The translations under genes were made by a program, and so were the position numbers. DNA of 64,000 bases from NCBI GenBank assembly GCA_002269645.1, contig NIVC01003992.1, forward strand, positions 2,118-66,117, in the 5' to 3' direction. The number at the start of each line of letters is the position of its first letter. Position 1 is the stretch's first letter. Source of the DNA: Macrostomum lignano. Taxonomy: Eukaryota. Under the pieces are notes generated by a model. That model worked only from the letters and a program-made list of their open reading frames with translations, did not search any database and had not been told where the DNA came from. Below are positions 1 to 20,438 of the stretch, piece after piece.

Positions 1-353
1 TCACTACTACAATAATATTTTATCCGTAGCAACTATCTTCAATGGCAGGCAGAGTAGCTCAAGTTTTATTGATCTGAATCTCGCGTCATGACCCTGATTG
101 GTTCTGAGAGCGGCCAAAACCATCTGGTTTTTGCGGGAAAATTTGTGGGGCGTTGTGAAATTCACACCCATGATGGTTAGCCCCCAATGCACAGAGGAAG
201 TCACACCCGCTGTACGTTCTGTGTTAGAATGTGTATGAGTGCGCCGCACCCTTGTCGGTGCTCAGTAGTCAGCGTAACGACGGTTTTAGGACGATTTCGC
301 CAAAGGTCTTGTGTCAGAGAGATCATAGCCCTCTTGCTACAAAAACCACTTAC

Positions 354-7790
<7,437 letters not shown>

Positions 7791-10700
7791 CTCATGCGGC
7801 TAAAATTGTAGTTTGTCTCTAATAATTAGTAGGGTGAATATGGCTGGCGGCTCCAAAATGAAACGATGAAGATAGCTATAAGGAGAGAGGAAAGGATGAA
7901 AAATGAAGGAGGACCAAGATGGTTGGGAAGGATTTTCTTTTGGCCTAAATAGTCGGAGGCTGGTTGGGGCTGCGGCTCGGGCAGATGGTGGGTGACAAAG
8001 CGTTCAAAGTCGGGCCATTGCTTGGCGCACACGCTGCGCACACTTGCCTCATCTGCCAGACCCCAGTGCCTTCCCTCATCCCCAATCCCATCGAGGCTCT
8101 CTCTACAGACAAAAGCAACAGGCCCATATAGGCTAAGGCTACAACCCCTTACCACGGACCTCGTTTCCTGCTAGCCCCTGTCCGCCTTGCCTGAATGCGC
8201 AGGAAGGTAACAGAGAAAAGACCGTTGTGGTTCGCCGACCCAGCCCTTCCCCAGGCCCCCACCGCCCATATTGCAGTCTAGTTCGGATCAATACTGCAGA
8301 AGGAAGAGGGTGCGTCAGATGCTGAAATCTGGTATGTACGTCTTGTGGCGTTCTACAAACCAGCGATCTGGAGAGGTAGTTCGATTTTTTAATATATCAT
8401 GAGCTGCGATATTATCAGGTTTCATGGGTTTGTCATAAAATGAAACAAATAGAAGTACATGTTTGTCTCTGTTTCCTTTTATTTTTTACTTTGGTTCGTC
8501 ATCTTTATTGACTTTAATATTAGTCCCCGAACATCCAGACATTGCATTTAGAGCTCCATTCGATCGCCAACTCCGCAACGCTGCATTGATGCCCAGACAA
8601 CGGATATTCCTGTTGGAAAGGGGCTGTACGCTTCACCAGCCGAACTTTAATAGCTAGATGTACATGTACAAACTTTTGTGCTCATGATATACAAACTGGT
8701 GTTCATCTTTATGTCGTTTTTGTCTTGCTTTAAAAAACTACATTACATGTAGGACCCTGTAGAGATTGATAGTACGACTTAATCTGTTAAAATCTTTAGC
8801 ATGTTAAAGAGATGATGGTTGTGACAACCGGCAAGGCACACTGTAATGCAGCAAAATATATTTTGGACCTACATGTAGCAGTATACGAGCTCATGCTATT
8901 TGGTCGCTGCAGTAGTTTCTTCTCGTTAGATTTAGCTAGTAGTAATAGCATATCTAGCTGCATGACAATTAAAGGCCTAATTGACTCCTAATTTCTACTT
9001 TATGAGATATCAGACTTTCAGCATCAGCACTAATTTGATGGCACGTCCCCTATTACTGCCAGTAGAAATAGAAATTTCTTCTTCCCTTTTTATTATCGGA
9101 TCTTTTCAATATATTTACCTTTCCTCTCTCCTATCTTCGCTTCTTCCTATCCTTTGTCTCCCCTACTAATTATCTTCGCTACTTTTATGTTTTTCTTCTT
9201 TTTCATCGGGATTGTATACCAGCATACTTTTTTCGGATCATGATCATATAAATCACCAGATTGTCAAGGTATTAGACGGACACCTGGCATGCATGCCTGC
9301 GGGTATACAGGTTCCTGATGGTCTGGGAGAATTTCTCATTTTTTGTCAATCACATAAGAATTTGGCACGTGTGACGATATATTTTGACAGCTGTGACCTT
9401 CGCCCCTACACTAAAAGTACATGTATATTCGTTTTAATCCTACAATCATCTCGCGGATTTGGCAAAATCACCTCTCCTCTTCATCCCCGATCTAATGCAT
9501 ATTTCATGTTAATTTTGGACTTGAAATTGCTAAAACTCATAAATAAATTTATATAAATAAAATTGGATGATTTATGGCCGCACCTATATCGCTTTTTGAG
9601 GATTCCCCAGGGACCTGTAGGATCTCTCGGCTTTTCAGGTCGTGGTAGCTAAATGCTTCAGCCGATCAGAAAATTAGACAGGGCGTTTAAACAAATCGGC
9701 TCAGCCAATCAAATCGATGTGTTCTAATTGTAACAAATCCCAACCCAAGCTACGAGCATAATTGGTTCCAAACAGTATTCAGTCAACCAACCATTTTGAA
9801 TCAGAATTCAAGTCAGTCATGTACTTTATTGCTAACTTAGGCATCAAAGCGGCTTATATATCTACATGTATGTAAGCTAGAACCACCAGCTACATGTAAG
9901 GGTCTCAGAGCTAGGGCTAATATATTAGTTTTTACTCACATTTTATGGCCAGAATCAATCGCATGCATAGGAATTTGATAATGTAGTACATATATGTGTA
10001 TATTTCCCGAACCTATAGTCTTGCAGCCTAGCAACAAGAAGAACCCCTCTGCAAAAATATGCTATCCAGTCCGAGTACCGTCCCTTTTTCGGCTGACTTC
10101 GAGATTCAACTAAAAGACACCAGTTGGCACATCAGTTCAGAGCCTCTCCTTGAGTCGTGGTAACCCGATTTGAGAGAGAGCCGAGCGGCAGGTTTGGTGA
10201 GCCAGTTTTTGCATGAGTTGGTGGCCAGCTGATTAGCTTAATCTACGGATTAGCTATTTTTGCCTTTAAAATTCTCCTGCTTGTCTCTCGCTGTATACTT
10301 TCTTAGGTAATAGGAGCTACATGTAGCTCATGTTCGGCACATCTAAATTATGATATATTCAGATTTGCATATGTGCAAGCCGCGCCTAAGACACATAAAA
10401 AGACAGTGGCCTTGTCCGATAAATCGTGATCAACTTGCTAACGACTCTTAATTTTATACTTTTTTATTTTTAACGCAAGTTACTGCTTTACTATTAATTA
10501 AATTTTTTTAATAATTATCAAAGAAATTTTATTCTCAGAAGTTGCATTTTTTGTTTTGATTAAACTATAGATAAAATGTTTCAAAGTCAAAAACTTCCAA
10601 TTGCAGGAATTCGTAAAAGCTGTGTGAGAGAGAGTATTGAGAATGCGAGCGACATTTTTGCATCACGTCACGTTTGACATGTACAGTTTGTAACTTAGAG

Positions 10701-12186
10701 TGGGAGAACCACGTATATAAGTTCGTGTATTTTTCATAGGATCTATTTCACCTTTTTTGAAGGCCGTAGAGGTTGTCCTGTCCCAAGAGTAATTGTGGAA
10801 TCGAAGCAGTGCATTATCTTAATCTTATCAATGCCGAAAATTAATAAAATCTGCTAAAGTTCCTTATTTTATTTTGCTTGCAATTTACTATAGGCCCAGA
10901 TAGGCTCTCTAGTAGGCCTACTAAAGATCTAGGCCTAATCCATTTTATATCATATTTATTTATTTGAATTTATTCAGATATATCTCATGTGCCATCCCAT
11001 CTGCCATGTCCATGGCGGCAAACTGTTATTGTTTAAGATCGAACTTTTTTCGAAATTTATGATGACTAAAACCTATATTAGTTCATATTGAAAACATTAT
11101 ATCATTTTTGGCAGTCTTTTAGTTTTGTCCATTTGATTATTTTTCAACTGGCAACTATTGTAGCTTTAATTTAATTAACATTTTAACAAATGTTGTAAAC
11201 CTTTAAGTTAAAAGGCAAAACTTATTATATTATATTTATTATTTAACTTTTTTATTTTATTATATTATAAAATAATAAAAGATAAAAGGCAGACTTTTAT
11301 CTACTATAGACATAGTTGTAGACATGGATTTTATGCTTCTTAAACTATTATATAATTAACTTGACATTGGTAAAAGTTGGCATGACTAAGCTTGGCACAA
11401 AATCAAATTAAAAATATCTATCTCGATTATTTATGCTTTTTACCTCATCACTAGCTTGATATATAACTTGGTATAAAATCAAATTAAATGTTCAGAACTA
11501 GAAAATCATTCATTTTTATTGCCTTTTTCATAATGAAATTAATATTTTTTTATATTTAATCATTCGCAATATATTTGATACTTAGTGGGCTAATTTAGCA
11601 ATTTAACTATTTGGCTATTGAAAAAAATAAACTTTGCAATCAGTCAATCTATAGTCCAGTTTGTTGTTTATATAAGTTCAAACAAACTATTGTAATCATT
11701 TTTAGGTATAATTATAAGATTCTAGTTATATACAAGTAAAATAGTACCAATTTTGCATACAAGTAATAGCTTTATTTGTACTAGAAATTCATACATGCGC
11801 AACACTTGGCCGATCTAGCTGACTGGCAAGGGCCCAGCCATGATAAGTTGAAAAAATATACACCCAAAATAGATATAAAAACTAATTAGATGATGAGGCA
11901 TTTAGCCTTGATAAAAGAGTTATAGTTACTCCTGCTGTTTACCCAAAAGTTTTTTAGGAAGTTGCAGGGCTGGTGTAATTCAGGGGGTTGCGCATGGATG
12001 TCTAGCATAGTAGTAAATGTTTTATGATGATATAATATCTAATTAGATAATGCAGCATATAATATAAAAGCTATATTTATAAACAAGCAATCATATTTTC
12101 AATTTATTGCATGCAATATGGTTAATACTACAAGACACTGACAGCTGATTCCATTTTTTGAGAACTTCTTTGAGCTTGCACTTTTC

Positions 12187-15100
12187 ATGGACACTGGCAA
12201 TGGAGAGGACAGCATGTCCTTTCTGCTTGATCTAATATCCTCAGACGCTGGCAATGTGCAGCAGCATCAGGATGAGCCAATGATGGATGCAGCATCTGGC
12301 GCTGGTCATTTGCAGCAGCACCAAAGCACCGCGCTTGAAGACATTGAGCCGTCTTATGAGTTGTTCCAATTCCCCACTTCTGTAGCCAATGACAGCAATG
12401 GCACTGCTACTTCCGCTAGCATACTGTGGCAACAGCTCACCATGCCGCAACCGCAGGAGCCTTCACTGACATCTAACACCAGCAACTCGGCCTTCCAACA
12501 GTACCGCAGTCACTCCAGCTGCTCAAGCTACTCAAACTTCTCCAGCTCGGTGCCATCCGTAGCCTCAACTCCTTCGCTACTGAGCGGCTTCAGCACTCCG
12601 GCGCACCCGCGGGAATGGACAGCCCGCCCGACTGTCTATGGCGCCTCCTCCGCCGCCTTGCGCGCCGACGCCACAGCCGCCGCCGCCGTTCCAGTCGATC
12701 CTGACGAGCGCAGGCGGCGCTACGCTGACGTGAACAGTCTGTCCCGACAGGAGTTGTTCGACACACTCAATCGTCGCCTGAGGCGGGTTGGCAGTTCCAG
12801 CGGCGGTGGCTTCGGCGACGGCGTCTCGTCGCCTTCGGACACGTCGGAGTCGCCGCGATGGCAGCAGCAGCATCATCATCACAGCGGCGGCAGTGGCGGT
12901 GCAACATCGTCCAGCTCGTCAGCTGCCGGCTTCTCCGTTGGCGGCGCTGCCTCAGGCGCTGCGGCAGCCGTTTCCGTCGCCGACAATCCCGACGTTGTTG
13001 ACCTGTCCGCCGCTGTCGGCGTCGGCGTCCACCTGAAAGACGAGCCAGCGACGCCGCCCTCAACGCCGTCGCGGCTGCCGCGTCACCAGCGAGAGCCGCA
13101 TAAAAAGGCTGAGAAGAAACGCGTTGAAAAAATTCGTCAGAGACTCGACCAGCTGCGTGAGCTGTGCGGCATCGGCGGCGGCGGCGGCGGGGGCGCAGCT
13201 GATCGGTCAGAAGCGAAACTGCTGACTCGAGTGCTGGGCTGCATTCGGGAGCTTCAGTTGGCTAACAGGCGATCCGCTGATGAAGCTAATGCGCTTCAGG
13301 TAACTGAACTCGTAATAACTTGAGTGCTCTCACTTTGAATATCTCTTACTTTGAGAGATTAGATTCCTACATTCATATCTTGTTACTGTTCAGTAGGCAG
13401 TCTGTTATAAAGTGTTTATCGACCTGAGTCATTGAACTCTGGGTGTGTTTTTCGGCGTGGCTCATTAAACTCGGAGTGTGTTTATCTGCTTCACTCGTTA
13501 AACTCGGAGTGTGTTTATCGGCCTGACTCATTAAACTCTAAATGTGTGTTTATCGGCCTGACTCATTAAACTCGGAGTGTGTTTATCTGCTTGACTCGTT
13601 AAACTCGGAGTGTGTTTATCGGCCTGACTCATTAAACTCTAAATGTGTGTTTATCGGCCTGACTCATTAAACTCGGAGTGTGTTTATCTGCTTGACTCGT
13701 TAAACTCTGAGTGTGTTTATCGGCCTGACTCATTAAACTCTGAGTGTGTTTATCGGCCTGACTCATTAAACTCGGAGTGTGTTTATCGGATTTGCGCATC
13801 AAATTTGGAGTGTGTTTATCGGCCTCTGTCGTTAAACTCGGAGTGTGTTTATCTGCTCGACTCATTAAACTCAGAGTGTGTTTATCGGCTTTCCGCATTT
13901 AACTTGGAGTGTGTTTATCTGCTTCACTCGTTAAACTCGGAGTGTGTTTAGCGACAATCAAATCTGTCTAATGCAGCATATCAAAATCTCTACAGCTTAA
14001 TCCGCCCCTCCCCAGGCTCGTCTTTCGGAGCTCGAATCCGAGCAGAAGACCCTTCTCGAAGCCCTTGACGACGAGGCCGCTGCGGATCATAAAGTTGACG
14101 CGGATGGCGACTCCGCTATTGAAGACTTCAGCGGCGTCAAGTTTGAATCGGGCGATGAGGCTGGCACACCGTCCGAGGACTGCGAGATGACTTCGGAGAC
14201 TACCATTACTCACGACTGCAGGTAATCTTGCGGATTGGGGTAACAGGTGTTCTAATGGCTTTTTCTTGAAACTTTTTAAAAGCCATTATTTCGCACTTGC
14301 CCTTTGACATCCTGTCCTCAAGTCCCTTTGACATCCTGTCCTCATGTCCCTTTGACATCCTGTCCTCAAGTCCCTTTGACATCCTGTCCTCAAGTCCCTT
14401 TGACATCCTGTCCTCATGTCCCTTTGACATCCTGTCCTCATGTCCCTTTGACATCCTGTCATCAAGTCCCTTTGACATCCTGTCCTCAAGTCCCTTTGAC
14501 ATCCTGTCCTCAAGTCCCTTTGACATCCTGTCCTCAAGTCCCTTTGACATCCTGTCATCAAGTCCCTTTGACATCCTGTCATCATGTCCCTTTGACATCC
14601 TGTCCTCAAGTCCCTTTGACATCCTGTCCTCATGTCCCTTTGGCATCCTGTCCTCATGTCCCTTTGACATCCTGTCCTCAAGTCCCTTTGACATCCTGTC
14701 CTCAAGTCCCTGTGACATCCTGTCCTTTGGGTCCATTTTACTTAAACTTCCCTGAAAGTGTATTGTTTGAGGTCGAAGTGAACCTAAAATTTATTTAAGA
14801 TTTATTAAGTTTGTCGTAAAAATTGCACATCAGACAAGGTCTGCGCTTTCAAGTGGTTCTACAACAGCGACAGCATCAGCTTCTTTATCAAAAGCTTCAT
14901 CAACAGTCTCAGTCTGAGTCGGACAGTCTTTCAGCTGGCCTTGAGGCTTACTCGCGCGACCGCCTGACCTCGGGTGACCCCGGCGCAGTGCTGTTTCACC
15001 GCCTAATCGGGGGTCTGCTTGTTGATAGTTTTCGTCGAGCAGTTTTAGGCGCAGACTGCAATGAAGCTAACGGTGCCGCGGTTGCTAATGGCAACGGCGG

Positions 15101-15227
15101 CGACGCCGGTTTAGACTCGGTAGAATTTCGAGAAAAATTTCAGCGCTGGCTGTCTACTCTGACCGCCAGTCGGCTCAGGCGGGATCTTAACCAGCGGCTG
15201 AACGAGGTGGCTGCCGATTTTGTGTAG
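12187..15227 (+). CDS. bHLH-leucine-zipper transcription factor, Mlx/Mondo-like. Exons 12187-13299, 14016-14221, 14834-15227 (570 aa)
   Basis: bHLH HKKAEKKRVEKIRQRLDQLRELC...SEAKLLTRVLGCIRELQ. The zipper continues across splice 1 (ANALQ|ARLSELESEQKTLL). The C-terminus VLFHRLIGGLLVDSFRRAV...FQRWLSTLTASRLRRDLNQRL resembles the Mlx/Mondo DCD region (from memory, not a database hit). Splice phases 0 and 2 both match. Confidence 0.8.
13410..13950. repeat. 33-bp minisatellite (gagtgtgtttatcggcctgactcattaaactcg) in bHLH intron 1
   Basis: Direct tandem copies visible. Confidence 0.95.
14016..14221 (+). CDS. bHLH-ZIP exon 2 (zipper plus acidic linker)
   Basis: ccccag acceptor, AG|GTAATC donor, open frame ARLSELESEQ...THDC. 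Missed by the ORF track. Confidence 0.8.
14298..14725. repeat. 24-bp minisatellite (gtccctttgacatcctgtcctcaa) in bHLH intron 2
   Basis: Direct tandem copies visible. Confidence 0.97.
14834..15227 (+). CDS. bHLH-ZIP exon 3 (DCD-like C-terminus)
   Basis: catcag acceptor in phase 2 joins the 14823 ORF frame; TAG at 15225-15227. Confidence 0.78.
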
Positions 15228-15564
15228 GCTAGAGAGTTTATACTCTTTTTTTCTGCGCTTGTATCATACGAGAACTTTTTAAAAGAATCATTAAATAGCT
15301 ACTATATAAGTAAGCTTTTTCGGTCATCACGAGCATTTTTTACATTGATTTGAAATTTTGTCATTATTTATCAATATAGCTTTACTATACGCGTTACTTT
15401 TTTTTCGAAATCGTGTTTCTTGATATTGATTTTTTGGCTTTCATTTCATCAGTCATTCGTCATCTTTTCCTTTTCGAGTTCAATAATGGGCATTAGTTCT
15501 GAAAAGTTCCGGCTTAAGATAATCATTCTTAATTCTATTTTCCAGGGGTTAGAAAAATAATTTA

Positions 15565-15825
15565 GAAAAACTTCCCAATCAACTCCTTCCCCAATGTACA
15601 CACTCCAATCAACCTTTTTCTCCAGAGTACATACCCCAATCAACTTCTTCCCCCAATGTACGCATCCCAATTAACTCCCCCCTAATGTACACACCCCAAT
15701 CAACCCTTCCCTCAATGTTCGCTCTCCAATCAACTCCTTCCCCCAATGTACACACCCTAATCAACCCCCCAATGTACACACACCCGATGAACCCCTTCCC
15801 CCATTATACGCACCCCAATCACAAT
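15565..15825. repeat. Degenerate C-rich tandem repeat (ccccaatgtacacaccccaatcaacc-like)
   Basis: Several imperfect copies of about 25-28 bp. Confidence 0.8.
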
Positions 15826-16324
15826 CAAACAATTTTTCTATTTCGCACTCAGAAGCCGAATTACGAATTAGCGAGATTTCCCACAGGTTTTGTTTAATAT
15901 AAACATTGTCTGTAGTACTTGTAAATAATACGAGCGTATCTATTTTCATAGTAACTATAGCAAGTCATTTGGACAGTTTTTGTTTGATTTTTAAATTAGC
16001 TTTGCAATCAAATTAAGGAAAAACTTTTATTTTTGAGTGAAAACTTTTCTTCATTAAGTTTTTGCAAAGTTTCTGCTGTTGGCTTCGGCTTCCTTGTTGT
16101 TTTTGTATTTTGTATTAACTAACTGCCTTCTTTCAAGCTTTTGATTATACAGCAAATTTATCCACGACTGAGTTGGCAAGTGTTGCTTGAGTCGGAGAGA
16201 TAATACATTTATTTGCCTGACAACTTACACAAATAGAAACTATACTACACCTTACTATTGAGCCATTCTTGTTCTTGTTACAATCTCAGTGCATGGTCGG
16301 TTCAGATCTTGAAAGCTGGGTCTG

Positions 16325-17088
16325 AAGATGAGCAATGAGTTCTGGATTGAGAATCGGAATCTCCCTTCTAAAGATGAGCATTGAGTTGTGGATTGAGAAT
16401 CGGAATCTCCTAAAGATGAGCATTGAGTTGTGGATTGAGAATCGGAATCTCCTAAAGATGAGCATTGAGTTGTGGATTGAGAATTGGAATCTCCTAAAGA
16501 TGAGCATTGAGTTGTGGATTGAGAATCGGAATTTCCCTTCTAAAGATGAGCATTGAGTTGTGGATTGAGAATCGGAATTTCCCTTCTAAAGATGAGCATT
16601 GAGTTGTGGATTGAGAATCGGAATCTCCCTTCTAAAGATGAGCATTGAGTTGTGGATTGAGAATCGGAATCTCCCTTCTAAAGATGAGCATTGAGTTCTG
16701 GATTGAGAATCGGAATCTCCCTTCTAAAGATGAGCAATGAGTTCTGGATTGAGAATCGGAATCTCCCTTCTAAAGATGAGCATTGAGTTCTGGATTGAGA
16801 ATTGGAATCTCCCTTCTAAAGATGAGCAATGAGTTCTGGATTGAGAATCGGAATCTCCCTTCTAAAGATGAGCATTGAGTTCTGGATTGAGAATTGGAAT
16901 CTCCCTTCTAAAGATGAGTATTGAGTTGTGGATTGAGAATCGGAATCTCCCTTCTAAAGATGAGCATTGAGTTCTGGATTGAGAATCGGAATCTCCCTTC
17001 TAAAGATGAGCATTGAGTTCTGGATTGAGAATCGGAATCTCCTAAAGATGAGCACTGAGTTGTGGATTAAGAATCGGAATCTCCCTTT
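16325..17088. repeat. 46-bp minisatellite with 42-bp deletion variants (aagatgagcattgagttctggattgagaatcggaatctcccttcta)
   Basis: Direct tandem copies visible. Confidence 0.97.
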
Positions 17089-18681
17089 TTATCAAAACTG
17101 CAGGAGTAATCTGATGAAATAGGGCTATTGTGTATTGTACGTTGATTGATATGCTATTTTCAATTGATAGAGAATAAATTTAGTATTGTGCGGGCTAGGA
17201 AAAAAGCGATTTGGTAACTCTCCGCTGGACGAATGCGTTCACGCACGCTGCTGCAAGTAGCTGACACTAACAAGTAGCGGTTCGACAGCGAAGAAAGATT
17301 TGATGGAGACTGGGCTAGGCTAAATTTGCAGCTATTTGGTCAGCGAAAGCATTCCAGCTATGCTGCCATCCATCTTCAGTGCACGCCTGCTAGGCTTTAG
17401 GCACTTCGGCTGCTATGCCGGTCTGCATGGTCGGGGCGCACGACTTCGGGCCTGTAAGCTGCAGTCTAACTTGACCCCGGCTGACCCACAAAGCCCAAGC
17501 CTTTCGCCGACTTTGGGCATAAACAGCTACTCCCCCCTTTCAAGCAGATGCGCAGTTTAGCGTCCGATTCCTTGCGCCGAATGCCGGATATAATACCTGG
17601 GGGAGGGGCCCATTACGCACCGGCTGGTGTAATTGTTGGCCTGCTTGGGGAAATAAGGAGAACGGAACAGCGGAAGAAAGAACATGACGAACCGTCGGCA
17701 ACAAATTCGTCTCTGTACAGATTTTTTCTCGCACTTTCAAGTTTCCTCTGAAATTGCTGCAACGTTTTTTGCCTCTGGTCTGGCTCTTCCATATCTGAAA
17801 ATTCTGACCAATTCTTTTAGTAAGCATTTTAATCTTAACGGTTTTACCCATTGGCAATTTAAGTTGAGGGTCGACCGCTACACTTGCGAATCGTGAAACT
17901 TTGTTGTTTTTCGCTGCAAAATGCATTAGCAATATTCCTACTAATATGGGAAACCTTTAAGACCTTCAGCATGATGAGAAGCTTTAAAATAAGGAGTCAT
18001 TCTGTTAGTGATTTTCATAAGACAGTCAAATATGCATACACAAACAAATAGCTTGATTGATTTTACGCAATTCAAACGAGAAATCTTTAAGGTCTGTACT
18101 TACAGTTTGTTTTGGCCTTTATCGGGACTCTAAAATGATTTTATCAAACAGAATAAATCATAATAGTTGTTCTAGCCAAAGGCAACTCCTCCCTTTGAGG
18201 CTGCAATCTTCAGCGCAATCCTGTTTGTGGTAGGTCCTCAGCACAGGCGGGAGCAGAAAAAGGATAAACAAAAGAAACAAAAACGACAGAGAGGCGATCT
18301 GCATGGGCTGGACGGGGAGAGAAATTCGATCCTGAAAAAAGAGGAAAATGCCCATTCCCGCTTCCCCTATCCGATGGCTTACGGTTGCAGAGCAATTATC
18401 TGTGGCCTTGACGCCACCAAGGCCTACAGAGTCCTGTCAGGAATTCCACCCTTGTTTAACACGTCATGATTGACGCTTTTGGAAAACCGTATTCCTAGCG
18501 ACAGTACCTATACGTCTTAAGTGCACCTATGTTGCTGCGAAAGCACTAATTTTGCTTGTTAAGTACCAACCCCTGTAATGCTTGAAACCTTTTTACTCTA
18601 GAAAGTTTTAGGCGTTGTTTGCCCTTTAGCGGTGTTGTCTTTGTGGTCGTGGACAATAAACTTATGAACAGGTTTTAGCTA

Positions 18682-18993
18682 TAATTAATAATAATAATTG
18701 ATTACACCTGCCCTAATGGGCAGATGTGCAACGGACAGCTCAGCCGCAGCTATTGCGCGGCGCATCTGAAGGCTGCGTACGGCTGTTCAGCCCAAGGACT
18801 GGGGGGTCGCCACACACACCCTCAATTACCCCAGCTAATGCTGGCACCCACCCATTTTACAGCTGGGTGAACTGAAGCAATGCAGAGTTAAGTGGTCTTT
18901 CTCAAGGACACAAATTGTTCCGAGTGGGTCGAGAATCGAACCCCCGACCTTTCAGTCGTGAAGCCGACGCTCTAATCACTAGGCTACAACCCC
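18682..18993 (-). mobile_element. CORE-type (MIR-like) tRNA-derived SINE (family B), full length
   Basis: On the minus strand: head ggggttgTAGCCTAGTGAttag...GGTTCGATTCT, a core segment ttaactctgcattgcttcagttcacccagctgtaaaatggg resembling the MIR CORE, and an (ATT)n tail. 9-bp TSD ttttagcta at 18673-18681 and 18994-19002. Confidence 0.85.
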
Positions 18994-20438
18994 TTTTAGC
19001 TAGCTCATATCCAACCTAGCATGCTAACTTCCGGCGGCCGGATGGCCAGCAACACTGACACACCATCAGTTCATGAACATGGGCCTGTTCTGCTAAAATT
19101 TCTGCCGAATTTGTCTATGACAAAATCTGAATCAGCGCTGTGCAGTATGACATAGTTTTCAAAATTTTTCCTCAACAAACTTGTGACTGCACCTTGAAGG
19201 AAACGCACACTTGCCTAACACGGAATTCAAATGTCCAGAAGTGGAGATAGTCAGAATTTGGCGCTCTATCTTAGGCTACAGCGGGAATAAAGTTTTAAAT
19301 TTATAGCACAGTATTGCTTATCAACCACAGACACTTTTCTTTCATCTTTTCGGTAAGCACTAACAAGACTCTTGTATCAAACCTTTGGCCAAGCTCTTGA
19401 TTCAATCCTGACTCCGTTGAATTAGTATTTTTTGGACCTGTCTGCTTGGTCTCATCAAAGCCTGTAATCAGAGCTGCACAGCTCAGGCCCCTATCTGCTG
19501 AGCTTCTACACTTCCTGTGAGACTGTCGAGACTGTCGACTCCATCAAAGGGAAGAAATTGCGTTGTGTAGAGGCAGTAGTGGCATGGTAGCACACATGAT
19601 GAAGTGGAGGCTTTGATCTTGTAGGCCTACTGGTTATGTATAAAAAGTCGCTTGATGAATACCTCAATAACCTTCACTATGCATAGATGTGCTGCTTGTA
19701 ATGTTCTCCGAGAGACGTACTGGTATGTCCTAGTGATGAGTCGAAAAAGTCAACCAATTAATCCTAATGACCATACATGTGAGCTTTTTACTACTTTCTA
19801 ATCTAACTATTAATGCTTTTCCCAGCGAAGCAGATTCACAGTTAAAATTAATTTCAGAAGAATCTAGTATAAAACCGAATATTAATGTCGACGACGCGAC
19901 CCTCTGTCGTCATCGCGCCCTGTCCCGTCCAAGCGACCTGTTGCGCCGGCGGGGACTCCAGCCGGCAGGTCACTTCATCCTGCTGCTGACGTGGCCACAC
20001 AACTTATACAGAATGCTCAGTCAGCGTTTTTTTAGAATAAAACTGAGTAGAAATAGATGCGCGCTCACACTACTTTGTCGATGAAGAGGAATGAGTAGCC
20101 ATAGACTATAGCTGTGACTTGCGTTAAAACTGCTATGCGATAGTCGATTTTGCAGTACAAAAGGCACTAACTCAAGGTATCATATCTTTTTATGTATCAT
20201 ACTGTTTTAAATGGTTTAAATGTACGTTTTTTATTCAAATGATGCAAGTATACATGCTCATAAAAGGAAAACATACTTTGATAAAGTCCGTCATAAGAAC
20301 AATGTAGGCAATGCAATACAAGAATTATTCATTGTTTAGCAATTTGACGATCATTATTCACATTTTTAATGCAGAACAATCCACTACTACAAACAATGCA
20401 TTGTCTGTAGGATCGTCAAACAGAAAAACAATGCAAAG

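Noticed and set aside
87-209. Possible laminin exon 12 (acag|C GGG TGT GAC..., LGCDFLCALGANHHGCEF)
   Set aside because: The phase fits, but the cysteine spacing is not a clean LE pattern and no good donor was found; left uncalled.
13968-14213. Protein-like 81-aa minus-strand ORF
   Set aside because: It is the antisense shadow of the real plus-strand bHLH exon 2 (14016-14221).
18158-18303. 48-aa ORF with a signal-peptide-like leader and three cysteines (MQIASLSFLFLLFILFLL...)
   Set aside because: The hydrophobic run is explained by a T-rich tract, the cysteine number is odd, and there is no other support.
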